Positions 32,319 through 44,633 of a DNA stretch of 64,000 nt are shown here, piece after piece; the first letter of the stretch is position 1; each line of letters opens with the position of its first letter. The notes below the pieces were generated by a model. The model did not search any database, was not told the origin of the DNA, and was given only the letters and a program-made list of their open reading frames with translations. The stretch comes from Eledone cirrhosa (Eukaryota): the NCBI GenBank assembly GCA_964016885.1, contig OZ024746.1, positions 36,270,001 through 36,334,000 of the forward strand. Direction: 5' to 3'. The translations under genes and the position numbers were made by a program.

Positions 32319-32559
32319 GTTGTTTTTTTGTTTAAAATGAAATTTTGGGTACAAAACCCCAATAACTGGTTATTTAACCCCGAAGGGCCAAATAACGGAC
32401 AGAAAGACCCCTCTCACGAGGAGGAGGGTGTCTTTATCAACAATTTGGTTCAAGTTTTAAACAATTTACAATTGTTTTAACGGTTAAAAATGACTATACC
32501 TTACAGAGCCGAGCCTCCGTCAACCATGGCATTCAATAATAATAATAATAATAATAATA

Positions 32560-35130
32560 AAATACAAAACTAGGAGGAAAATGCTAAATATTATCATAGA
32601 GGAACTGAAGCAACGCATTGTAGCAAAGAGTGCAAAAATCAGGCGATACGAGAACAGAGTCAGTCAGTATAAACAGAACCGCATGTTCTACAACAACCAG
32701 AAGATGCTGTTTGGACAGCTTGAGGGGAAAGAAAGAGGCAACGACTTGATCCCTGGGGCGGAGCAAACTAAAACATTCTGGAGAGGAATATGGGAGCAGG
32801 ATGTTAGACATAATGTCCAGGCAGGGTGGATTGAGACAGTACAGAGGGAGATCGGTGAGCAGGCACAACAACAAACTGATTTGAGTATCACAGTTGAAAC
32901 TCTTAAGGGGCAGGCCAAAAAACTAACCAACTGGAAATCACCAGGCCCAGATGGTGTGCAGGGGTATTGGATGAAACATTTAACATCCCTCCACCCGAAG
33001 CTGACGGCCATGTTCAATGACTGCTTGGTGTCGGGTGAGGTGCCAGAGTGGTTGACAAAAGGTACCACAGTTCTGATAATGAAAGACCGAATCAAGGGTA
33101 ATGATGTTACCAACTATAGACCTATAACGTGTCTGTCCGTAATGTGGAAACTGTTGACGAGCATTGTGTCTGAGGAAATCTACCATCACCTTGTTACCGG
33201 ACGAACAGAAAGGATGCCGAAAGAAGTCACGTGGTACAAAGGACCAGTTGCTTATTGATAAGATGGTAATGGGGAATTGCAGGAGGAGACACACTGATCT
33301 TGCTATGGGATGGATAGACTACAGAAAGGCATTTGACATGGTGCCTCATTCCTGGATCACCAAAAGCCTGGAGGTCTTCAGGGTGGCAGATAACATCAGA
33401 CAGTTGCTGGGCAGGAGTATGGGGTCCTGGGAGACAGAGTTGACATCAACTGGAGTATCCTTGGGAAGCGTGAAGATCAAGAGAGGTATCTTCCAGGGAG
33501 ATAGCCTGTCCCCTCTGTTGTTTGTCCTTGCCCTGATGCCCTTGACCATTATGCTGCGAAAAGTGAGAGCAGGATACAAGTTGGGAAGGGGAGAGCTTAC
33601 CATCAATCACCTCCTCTTCATGGACGATCTTAAGCTCTTCGGGAAAAGTGAGAAGGAGTTGGATGTGCTTGATGACACTGTCCGTATTTTCAGCAGTGAT
33701 ATATGTATGCAGTTTGGTATTGGTAAATGTGGAGTCATTGTGATGAAGAGGGGTAGGTTGAGCAGAAGTAACGGGATCCAGATACCAACAGGTGAGATGA
33801 TAAAGGAAATTGACTCTGAGGAAGGATACAAGTATTTGGGCGTTCTGGAGGCTGATGGCATAAAGAACAAAAAAATGAAGGAATTGTTAAGAACTGAATA
33901 CATTCGGAGAGTAAGGAGCGTATTGAAGTCACATCTGAACAGCAGAAATGCCATAAGCGCAGTAAATTCCCGAGCTGTGTCTATTATTAGGTACAGTGCG
34001 GGAATTCTGAGATGGAATGTTGCTGAAAAAAAGAAATGGATAGGAAGTCTGGGAAGCTATTGACTATCTACAACATGTTCCACAAGAGGAGTGACGTCGA
34101 TAGACTCTACCTAAGGAGATGTGAGGGTGGAAGAGGTCTTATCAGAATAGAGGACTGTGTTCAGATGGAGAAAAACAACCTACACACATACGTGACTGAT
34201 AGTAAGGAGCCAATGCTCAGAACTGTACTGAAGGAGGGGACAATAGGCCAGGGGATGTCCAAGGAGGAAATAACATCAAGGAGAAAGAGCAGCCTTCAGG
34301 AAAAATCCCTTCATAGTACCTTCTTTGAGAAAACTGAATTTAGAGTTCCACAGACATGGAACTGGTTGAGAAGAGGAGACCTTAAAAAGGCTACAGAAGG
34401 AATGTTAATGACTGCGCAGGGGCAGGCCCTCAAAACGAAGTGGTTGAAACACCGTATTTACAAGGAGGAGGCTAGCCCACTGTGCAGGATCTGTGGAGAG
34501 AGAGAGGAGACTGTGGCTCACATTGTATACGAGTGTAAACACCTAGCCCAGACCCACTATAAGGGCTGGAGACATGATGTGATGGGCAGGGTGATCCACT
34601 GGCACCTGTGCAAAGAAAAACAATTCACCACATTCTGAGAAATGGTATGAGCATAAGCCAGAGGCGGTGATGGAGAACGATCATGTGAAGGTGCTGTGGC
34701 ATTTTAGGATACAGACGGACAAGAAACTGGAACACAATAGACCTGACCTGGTGGTTGTGGACAAAGAAAAAAGATCGTGCCTGATTGTGGATGTGGCCTG
34801 CCCGTTCGACACGAGAGTGCAAGAGAAGGAGAGGGAGAAAATTAACCGATACCAGGACCTAAAGTGGGAGGTGAAAAGGATTTGGAACTGCCATGAAGTC
34901 AAAGTGATCCCGATTGTCATAGGCACACTGGGGACTATCTCCAAAGGTTTCCAGGGATGGTTAAAGAAAATCGGCCCCTTCACGCTTTTTGGAACGCTTC
35001 AAAAGGCATGCTTGCTTGGAACAGCAAGAACCCTCCGATACGTCCTGAATATCTGAGGCTGCATGTAGTGGCTTGATATTCAATCCAACGGACTTTCCAG
35101 TTAACCAACATCAATGACTGAGATTCAAGG
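32560..35130 (+). mobile_element. 5'-truncated, frameshifted R4/Dong-like non-LTR element (RT, CCHC, RLE endonuclease)
   Basis: [45 protein letters not shown]; CRICGEREETVAHIVYEC; RHD; RPDLVVVD..DVACP..KINRYQDL. (AAT)n tail. Confidence 0.9.
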
Positions 35131-35446
35131 AATAACAATAACAATAATAATAATAATAATAATGATTTCATTTATTAGCCACAAGGGCCGACATGTAGGG
35201 GACAATACAAAGACAGGGACAGTGGGGGCTTACAATAAGGTCGAGTAAAAGTGCACAATGGCAAGACTAATTTAACAATGAAAATATAAAATATAAAATA
35301 TAAAATAAACTATGCAAAATATAACAAAATATATTCCCCGATAGGGGGTCGACGACCCTGGGGTGATTCGGGTACCCCACCAATCCTGAACCACCCTGCG
35401 CTTCTAGGGCACCAAGGAGCGCACCCCATTCCTCAAGTTAGCTAGC

Positions 35447-38400
35447 CTATAGGCGCATGGTCAGAGTAGGCCCATTCACACGAGCCATTCTCGCCACATT
35501 CACCCACCTTTTAGCAAATGTACGGGGGGAAGCACTTCTCTCTCCACCCTCACCCTCCTTTCCAGGTGAAACTTGAAGAAGTTGATGAGGGATTGGCCGA
35601 AGAGAAAAGTGTCTGTCTTTAGTCCTTTCAACCTGGTCCACCATATAATCTCTTTCGCAACTGCCACCAGACAGAGGAAAATGTCCTGCTCTTCCTGACC
35701 TAAGGAAGGTGGCGGCTCGATCGTCACTATGGACTCGGCCGATAACTGGATTCGTTCCACACGCGACAGTAGCTGTTCGACATAACTCCACAAGTCAGTA
35801 ATGCACGGACATTGGACAAGTGCGTGCAGAACGTCGTTCTGTGCGCATCTTGGGCAGGTCCGTCTGACAGCACTTCCGTGCCTGTAGAGTTTATCCCGAA
35901 CCGGCAGTGCCCCCAGTAGCATTGCCAAGCGAGGGATTTCTGGATATTGTCCATCGTCCCCGGCTCAATAGTCCTCCGGTACAGACTGGTCAGTTCGACT
36001 TCGTCGAGGCCCAAAGCTTCTCCGAGTGCGTCATCGCACTTGCCCACCACTAATCCTCTATAGAACTCGAGAGTGGAAGTTACACTGATCGCATTGCCCG
36101 CTTGGTAGAGGGCAGTGAGTGAAGGCAACATTCCAGGTGCCAGTCACCCAGTCTCGGTCTCTTCTTGAACCAGGACTGCAGCTCAGTCAAAGAAATGAGC
36201 TGCGGAAAGGCCCGTCTGATAAACGGCGACCACACCTGTTCACCATTGAGGCAGAATATCTGGAGATATCGCTGCTTCAACGCATGTCTGCGCATCATTA
36301 GCCACGGCATGTCCAGCCCTCCGCGTAGAGGGTGCTGGCAGCAGATGGACCGCCTCACCAACGGAACTTGTCCCCTCCACAAGAATTTGAAGAGGAGCCG
36401 TTCCAACTTGACGAGGCGCGGACGGGGGCAAGGCACGACGGTTAGGCGGTAATAGATGACGGACGCGATGTACGCATTCGCCACCTCCGCGCGACCTTTC
36501 AGTGATAGCTTCCACCCAGCCCACTTTTGGGTGAGACTGGCTACTCTGCTCGTTACCTCGTCCCAATTCTTTTCCACCTGGAGGTCTGGTCCGAACCAAA
36601 CCCCGAGCAACTTTACTGGTCCGTCCGTCCAGCGCCCCACGACGCTGTTGGACGGCATGGGCTTGCCTCTCCAGGTTCCGAGCTGCAAGCCCACCGACTT
36701 TTCCGGGTTTAGTTTGGCTCCTGTCAACCTTTCATATTCCTTCAATAAGGTGCCGACCACCTCGATTTCTGAGGTGTTCGACACCATCACGGTGATGTCG
36801 TCCGCATAAGCCGACACCGCATTTCCACGTCCCGGTTCGAGCGGGATGCCCTGCAACAGCTCCAGCTTCCGCAGTAAAGGCTCGAGAGTCAATACGTACA
36901 GAAGGGAAGAGAGAGGGCACCCTTGACGAACCGATCGGGAGAGCGGAAATGGTTCCGAGAGGTGGCCATTAACCTTGACCACCGAGCGTGTGCCGCTGTG
37001 CATTGCAACGATCCAGCTTCTAAAGACAGGGCCGAAGCCAGCTGCTTTGAGGACAAACTCCAGATACCGATGGTCGACCCTATCGAATGCTTTCGATTGA
37101 TCTAAATTGATCAGTGCCCCACCGAAGCCAGGTTTACAACCTACCCTCTCTATGATGTATCGCATGAGGTGGAGATTGTCGTGTATGGACCTGGCTGGGA
37201 TTGCGCAAGTTTGCGCCTCCCCAACCAAATCCTCGACGACAAGCGCCAATCTCTTTGCTACCACCTTGGCCAAAATCTTAAACTCTGTGTTGAGCAGAGT
37301 TATGGGCCTGAAGTTGTCTAATGTATCCCTCTTGTTCTCGTCTTTCCTTATCAGCGTCACCACTCCCCTGCTCACAGAACTGGGAATACTCCCATTATGC
37401 TGCCAGTTACAGTAGAGTGATTCGAGGAGTTCGGAGAACAAGTCTGGCATATTTACGTAAAGCTCGTAGGGCAGGCCATCCAAGCCGGGTGACTTGCGCC
37501 TCATACAGCCGACAAGGGCGTCCTGAATTTCGGCTGAAGTAATCGGCCTTTCGCAGCGCTCAGCGTCAACCGTCGAGATGCGCGGCAAGCCGTCAAGGTA
37601 GGGACTGAAATCCGCTACTCTCTCTGACTCGCCACTCTCCCTGAACAACCGAGCAAAGTGCTGGCGAAAGGCCTCACACATCCGCTTGGAATCGCTTATC
37701 TCGTGTCCGTCTCGGTCCGCCAAAGACCGAATTGTGGTTTTATTACCACGTTGCGCCTCCGCCACGCGGGCCCATCGAACAGCTTTAGTTCCCTCGTTTC
37801 TCAGCGCACGCGCCTTAGCTCTGACAATGCAACCTTCGTGTTTGGCATTGAAGAAATGGTCTAATGCCATTCTCGCCGCTAGCACGTCAGTTGCGATGCC
37901 ACTACAAATAGCCTCGTCTAACTTATCTACCAGCTCCCCCTCCTTTCTATTTTTCTCTAACGCTAGTTCTTTGCTGAACTCTATCGAAGTTACTCTAATC
38001 TCTCTTTTGAGAGCCCCCCACCATCTGTTGTTGATGATCCCCCCTGTCAACTTGTGCTTAACTAACTTATTGACTCGGTCCCTGTAAGCCTTACGTGCCG
38101 GAAATGACATGTTCAGCTTCCAGTAACCAGGTCCTAACCTACGCGTTTTATTTAGGTCGACCGTACAGATCACAAATTTGTGATCTGAATAGGCGACCGT
38201 TTTAAAAAGTGGACAGCCCACACTATTTCTATCTATTTTCCTAATGAAGATTCTGTCTATATACGATCTAGATGACCCCATTCGGTTGGTTCATGTCCAT
38301 ACTGGCACATTGGGGAAATCTAGTCGATACCTGTCAGACAGTTGGAACTGGCTGAGTAGGTGCTTGAGGCTTTTGCACCCCCCGCTCCTATCGGCTACTC

Positions 38401-38871
38401 CCACACAATCCCAGCGTGCGGGATTGTGTGGGAGATGCCATTCCAGTCCCCCGCTAACAGTAAAGGGCGAGACGTACCCAGAAAGGTCTCCAGGCGCCTA
38501 AAGAAGTCAGGTCGTCCGGCCCCTGTAGGTGCGTAGGCGGCCAGCAGTCTAAAGGCACCACCTTCGCTACTGCTTACATCCAAGACCACCAACTTACCGT
38601 CCGGGTCCCGGAAGATCGACCTTACCTCGAGATCCAGTCCTTTCCTAAACAGCACTACCACCCCACCCCACCCCCATTCCCGGCCTGCTAACAGATGCGA
38701 AGATCTGATAGTCGTCGAAAATGGGGGTTAGTGCACGCGTGTCGGAAATTCTGGTCTCGCTTACGGCAATCACATCCATTTCCAGCGACCGGAGGTCGTT
38801 GAGCAGGCGACCCTGCTTCCAGGGTGACCCCAGGCCGCGAAATTTAAACTTCCTACTCTTAATATGGCCAT
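35447..38871 (-). pseudogene. ORF2 (APE-RT-CCHC) with several frameshifts
   Basis: ORF pieces 38395-38661, 36080-38281, 35727-36131, 35500-35928 and 35447-35791 are collinear with the intact ORF2. Confidence 0.9.
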
Positions 38872-38880
38872 ATTGGTAAG

Positions 38881-40858
38881 CTAAGAGAGAGAGAGGGAAG
38901 GTTTACTTACCTCCCGGGTCTTGTGAAGGTCGGGTGGTTCGACCTCCATGGTTGGTGGGGTTTCTTTTGGGAACCCCTTTAAAAGTCTTGATGTGGGTTT
39001 CACATTCGGGTTTCCCACGTCTTGAGGAAAGCTCTCTCGAATTTCTTTGAAGGAATTGAGTGACATTCGGACCAGAAGCAATTCGTCTGGCTCGCAAAAT
39101 GTGCTCATTTCAAAAATCTCCCCCTCTGTTTGAATGTCCTCGCTTCGCGCTAAGAGGGCCATGAGTTTATCGTTGGCCCTTCTGACAAGCACGAAGTTTT
39201 TAACATTTTGTTGGTGTGGTTTTATTTGTTTTCGTTTTGGTGAAGGTGGTGGCGATGGTTTTGGTGGTGTTGTTTCGGGTATGTCTATGTTTGTTGGAGG
39301 TGTGGTGTCTGCAATTTCAGGTATTTGTGTGTTTATTTGTACTTGTGTTTGTTTAGGTTGTTTGCGTTTCGGGGATTGTGGAGGTGGTGTTGATGTTGCT
39401 GATGGTGCTGATGTTATTGGGGAAGTGTCTGCGTTAGTGGTGTCTGTATTTTTTGTTGTGTGTGTTTTTGTGTTTTGTAGGGGCTTTTTTTTTTGTGAGT
39501 TTTCTCTGTTTTTTTTGCACTTTTGGGTTTTCCTTCATCTTCACTGCTGGAAGACAAAGGGTCTGTGTCTGTGAGTGTCTCTGTGTCTGTGTGTGCGTTT
39601 ATTCTTTTTTTGTCTATGTATATAGTTGTGGGGGGGGGGCAGGGGGAGTGGGAGAGCTTTCCTCGTTTACTCCTTGGATTGGTTTTGGTGTTGGTGGTGA
39701 TCCGGCTGTTTTTGATGTTGGTGTCCGTGTTTTTGTTGATGTTGTTTTTGGTGGTGGTGGTGGTGCAGCTTTCCGTGCTGACACTGGCGTTGGCAACAAA
39801 GGAGGTTTGCGAGCCCCTGCATTTTTGTGCTGAGAGCAGAAGGCTTGAAGATGCGTGGCTTCCCCGCAAACGAAGCAGCGTGGCCTTCTTCCGTCAATCA
39901 TTAGTTGGATTGTTGTCCCGTCCTGCAGGCGGGCAAAATCTGGGATGTTATTTATATCCTCCGGTTTCATTTGGAGAAGAATTTCCAAATCCATTCCGGA
40001 CCAGTCTTCTCTCTCTGTCCTTTTGATGTCCAGGAGGGTGGTGTCTGTCCCCTCCTCGATTACGCATCCCAGCAGCTACCATATGTTCATTCCTGGTGGG
40101 ATGCTGGGAATGCGTACATTCACTGTCCTTTTACCCATGTAGGACGGATGCATGATAATGCGTTCCGTTCTGCAGGGGATCACCGAGTGCTTAATAGCGA
40201 GGGCCTCGGATTTGAACAGTACCGAGATGGTACCGAACTGTTTGCCTCTTGCTTTGTACTCTATGTTACTTCCGATGTACTCCAAAGTAGCCTCTACCTC
40301 TGCTTGGCTCGCAAGTTCCACTTTTCGTGTCTGCACCGAAATACATCGAAACAGCACCGTCCTCCTTTGCATGGCCGCCATTGCCTCGTCCGGGATGGTC
40401 AGGTTTGCCCAGGACTTCTCCCGTTTAATTAGCCTCCACGCTTTGGCCAACTGTTCGTCTTTATCGCTAATATCAATATCGATATTCAATAAGCGCTTTG
40501 TTTTTGCTGCTGCAGCAAATGTGGTGTTTCTGATGCTCTTATTGTTGTTGTTGTCATTCTTGCTGTTTCCACCGCCATCCTTGTTTACATTGAAGCTGTC
40601 GGTGTTTTTGTCGTTATTGCTCTGAGTTGTTGTTGTTGTGGTGGTGGTGGTGGTGGCGGTGGTGGTGATGTCGTTTTCAGATGATACTGCTGCTATGCCA
40701 GAAGGTTGTGATGGTAGCTTTTTAGTTTTGCCTTCACATTCAGTAGAGTGGATGACAGGCATGACTGTAGCCGTCGTAGTCGTGGTGAAATATGCAGTAG
40801 CTGCCTTTAAACTTTTGAACTGAACGTTGTTTACCGTTTCAAGGTCGAAAATTTCCAT
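38881..40858 (-). pseudogene. ORF1 (gag-like) with frameshifts
   Basis: Pieces 40076-40858, 39614-39994, 39414-39869 and 38881-39192. RGKQFGTISVLF and zinc-knuckle similarity to the first ORF1. Confidence 0.8.
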
Positions 40859-41108
40859 AATTTTCTTTTGGTGGGGAAGCGATTTTTTTTCGAAGATTTT
40901 AAAAATAAATCTGAATATTCGGGCTTAAAGCCCGAATATTGAGAGTTATCCCTCTCTTTAAATCAAGATGTGTACCTTAAGTTTCGTTAATGACAAGAAA
41001 ATACAAAAAAAAGACACTTTAAAACAGCTTAAAGCTACGAACCTTTTCCCCCGCAGACTTGTCTGTCTTCACACATGTGCGGCCATAATAATAATAATAA
41101 TAATAACA

Positions 41109-42246
41109 ATTGGATTATCTACATATCTAAGGGAATCACATGATTGGATGATCAAACTCGTTTTGAAACACGAAAGCATCAAAAGATCATATTCCATTAC
41201 AAAAGATGCACAAAGATACAGTAATGGACTACACATTTCAGAAGTCCCATTTACTGCTGAAATGGAAAACACACAAAAAGCAAAGCAGGTAAAAGTAACT
41301 GCAAAGAAAGAACTGCTACAGAAACTGGCTAAGAAATGGCAAGAAAAGCCTCTGTATGGAAAATACCCAGAGCGAGCTAACAATCCTGATGTTGACAAAA
41401 CTTTAACCCATCAGTGGTTGGCATCCTCTGGACTGAAATCGGAGACTGAAGGACTGATTATATCGGCACAAGATCAGTGTCTGCCAACAAAAAATTACCA
41501 AGCCAACATAATAAAAAATGGGTGCAGCCCATTATGCCGTATACGCAAAAAACAAACAGAGACCATTGATCATATAATTTCAATGTGCAGTCCTATAGCT
41601 CCAACCGAATACCTAAACAGGCATGACAGAGCTGCACAATACATACATTGGATAATGTGTAAGCATTTTGACCTGCCCCATCAAAAGAATTGGTGGGAGC
41701 ATCAACCACCTCCCATACTTGAAAAATATCACATCTCAATCTTGTGGAACTTTAGCATCCAAACAGACCGAAAAATAGATGCAAACAGACCTGATATAAT
41801 ATTGAAAGACTTCCAAAAGAGGGTATGCCTGCTAATTGATATGTCTGTTCCAATAGACAAGAATGTATCTATAAAAACATTTGAAAAATTGAGCAAGTAT
41901 AAGGACCTGGAGATAGAAATTGGAAAAATGTGGAAATTGAGAACTAAAACAATACCAGTGGTTGTAGGCGCTCTGGGAATGATACCTAAGGGGTCTAATG
42001 ATTACATATCGCAAATCCCAGGAAACCCGCGTATAGGAGAAATACAAAAGATAGTACTAATGGGAACTGCCCATATACTAAGGAAGATTCTGTCAATATA
42101 AGTACATCACAAGTCTAAACACTAAAGATGCATGTGTGAATATGTATGTTCTTTCTTGAACATGGCGGACCTTGATGTCTATTGAGGTCACTGGTTGTGA
42201 CTTGGTGATAACTCGTATGAACATAAAGCAAGATAAATGCAACTGT
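41109..42246 (+). mobile_element. 5'-truncated R4/Dong-like element (second subfamily): C-terminal zinc finger plus RLE
   Basis: LKSETEGLIISAQDQ, ETIDHIISMC, RHD, RPDIIL..LIDMSVP..KLSKYKDL, PVVVGALG. (AAT)n at both ends. Confidence 0.88.
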
Positions 42247-42267
42247 AATAATAATAATAATAATAAT

Positions 42268-42513
42268 TGGAACTGCCATGAATTCAAGTTGTCTCGATTG
42301 TCATAGGCGCACTAGCTACTATCTCAATGAGTTTCCAGGGATGGTGAAAGAAAATTGGTCCCGCCCCGCTTTTTGGAAATTTCAAAAGGCATGCTTGCTG
42401 GGTACAGCAAGAAATCTCAGATACGTCCTGAATATCTGAGGCTGCAGGTAGTGGCTTGGTATTCATTTCAACAAACTTTCCATTTAACCAACATCAATGA
42501 CTGAGACACAAAG
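42268..42513 (+). mobile_element. 3' fragment of the first R4/Dong-like family
   Basis: Matches 34881-35130 (TTGGAACTGCCATGAA...CATCAATGACTGAGA). Confidence 0.85.
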
Positions 42514-42546
42514 AACAATAATAATAATAGTTATTTTAATAATAAT

Positions 42547-42732
42547 TGTTTCTACTTTTGGCACAAGGCCATAAATTACCCAGTGCATTACTGGTACTTT
42601 ATTTTATCGACCCCGTAAGGATGAAAGGTAAAGTTAACCTCGGCGGGATTTGAACTCAGATCATAAAGGGAGGTAACTCTATGCTACAAAGCATGGTGTC
42701 CGACCCTCTACCAATACTGCAAATCCACCGCC
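42547..42732 (-). mobile_element. tRNA-derived SINE with 17-bp TSD
   Basis: Same family as 2670-2853. TSD GTTATTTTAATAATAAT at 42530-42546 and 42733-42749. Confidence 0.88.
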
Positions 42733-42767
42733 GTTATTTTAATAATAATGAAAATAATAATAATAAC

Positions 42768-42804
<37 letters not shown>

Positions 42805-42967
42805 TAGGTAAATATACACGGGTGTGTATGATTGTGTATAGAAGATTATATTAGTAAGAGGAATTCCAACTTTGTCTGATTTACTCGTTTTATTTACAAT
42901 CCTTTAAAATATATATAATGATATTATAATGAAATAGTATGATAGAATATTAAATTCTAAGTGTTAA

Positions 42968-43007
42968 TTGAACAAGTACTTTCATGCTTTCGCAATCTTC
43001 AGTTCAA
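42968..43007 (-). ncRNA. Minimal hammerhead-like motif inside a short inverted-repeat element (42850-43052)
   Basis: TTGAA-CTGAAGA-T-TGC gaaa GCA-T-GAAA-GTAC-TT-G-TTCAA, with one extra nucleotide at the cleavage junction. Confidence 0.6.
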
Positions 43008-43046
43008 CTGAAATCAGTAAATCAGACAAAGTTGGAATTCCTCTTA

Positions 43047-43113
<67 letters not shown>

Positions 43114-43486
43114 CCTAAGTCCATAGAATCATTTCCTCTCCCAATTAGCATAAAACCACACACACAATTACTTATATTATATTGCTCTGATTATTTAATT
43201 TATTACTTCTTCATTGAGCCACATCGTGAATGGTTGCTAAAACATATATATATATATATATGTGACTTTGTTTAGTTTGAATATGTAAATCTTTATATAT
43301 ATATATATGCCTCCTACGTGTGAATCAGTGAAAATGATACACTGTCTTCTAGTTTGATCAGAGCTCTATACTTGAAACATGAAATATACATTATCTCAGA
43401 ACATTGCGAGGTTTATGCTGGTGATGACTTTATGACTGCGCTTGTATTCCTATGTAAATATATCTTGGAGTAATAAAAAAGTGATG

Positions 43487-43881
43487 AATAACATGGTTGA
43501 AAGTACAAACAATGTTATTTATTTACAGTCTTACAATTGTTCCCATGATAGAATTGTCTATATATTGCTAAGTACTGGAGACAGTATAGCTCAATTTACA
43601 ATACATCTAAGTAAAATCATTTCATAGAGAAACTAATAGAAATATAAAATATATGCGTAACGGTAATCTTAAAAATTCAAATTCAATTTGAATTTTTAAG
43701 TATACCATTACGCATATATTTTATATTTCCTAATAGTTTCTGATGAAATGACTGAACTTAGATGTATTGTAAGTTGAGTTATACTCTGTCCAGTACTTAG
43801 CTATTCATAGACAATTCTATCATGGAAACAATTGTAAGACTGTAAATAAATATCCTTGTTTGTACTGTCAACCATTTTATT
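43487..43881. repeat. Diverged fold-back hairpin (~195-bp arms, 1-nt spacer at 43684)
   Basis: AAAAATTCAAATT-c-AATTTGAATTTTT centre. Arms are complementary with scattered mismatches. Confidence 0.85.
43735..43841 (+). ncRNA. Type I hammerhead with long loop II
   Basis: AGTTT-CTGATGA-A-ATGA...TCAT-G-GAAA-CAATTG-TA-AGACT. Confidence 0.7.
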
Positions 43882-43906
43882 CTTTACTCATATATATATA
43901 TATATA

Positions 43907-44138
43907 GTTAAAAGAATAGAGGTGTAACACACAAGTTATTGTATATTGGTAAACGGAATAGAAAATGCTGACAAATTGTTCACAGTTGAAAAATGGTTTA
44001 ATTAGGAATAAAAGAGTATTAGTGATTGTATGGGTTAGTATTCAGTTGTGGTTTTAAGTTTTTAAGTTTTTACCGGTTGCGCATTTCTAAATGCTTTTCA
44101 AAAATAATGTTGAGATAGAGTGTCCGTGCTGTTTGCTC
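43907..44138 (-). mobile_element. PLE family A extreme 3' terminus between (TA)n tracts
   Basis: Near identical to 3121-3316 and to the reverse complement of 4485-4716. Confidence 0.85.
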
Positions 44139-44505
44139 TATATATATATAGCAGAGGTGAAGTGTATATACAAAGTTCAAATATACCTCGGGAATAACAT
44201 ATGATAGTATATATATGACATGTACTTTCAGCATTAGCTCAATGTGTTTTATATACTAGTAGTCTTATGAAAGATTAGAATTTTTAGGGTCAAAAAGCTG
44301 GAAAGGCAGACATAAATAGAAATGATATTCAAATATATAAACAAAAAATTAGCTTTTAAATAATTTTTAATTGCTTACAATATTTTTAAAGGTGTTGCAC
44401 AGACTATGTATATATGGAGACACACACACACACACACATACACATACACACACATACACACACACACACATACGCACGCACACACACATACACACACACA
44501 TATAC

Positions 44506-44633
<128 letters not shown>

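Larger units (their letters stand above)
26505..32534 (-). mobile_element. Full-length L1/Tx1-like non-LTR retrotransposon in an (AAT)n tract
   Basis: 5' UTR, gag-like ORF1, APE-RT ORF2 and 3' UTR ending AATAAAGAAATC(ATT)n. (AAT)n at both flanks. Confidence 0.92.
35165..41085 (-). mobile_element. Second full-length L1/Tx1-like element (different subfamily), frameshifted
   Basis: ORF1 pieces 38881-40858 with CFVCGEATHLQAFC. ORF2 pieces 35447-38871 homologous to 26767-30186. Similar 3' end, (AAT)n at both flanks. Confidence 0.92.

Noticed and set aside
27094-40625. ORFs antisense to the LINE ORFs
   Set aside because: Shadow frames of GC-rich or low-complexity coding sequence, with no domain motifs.
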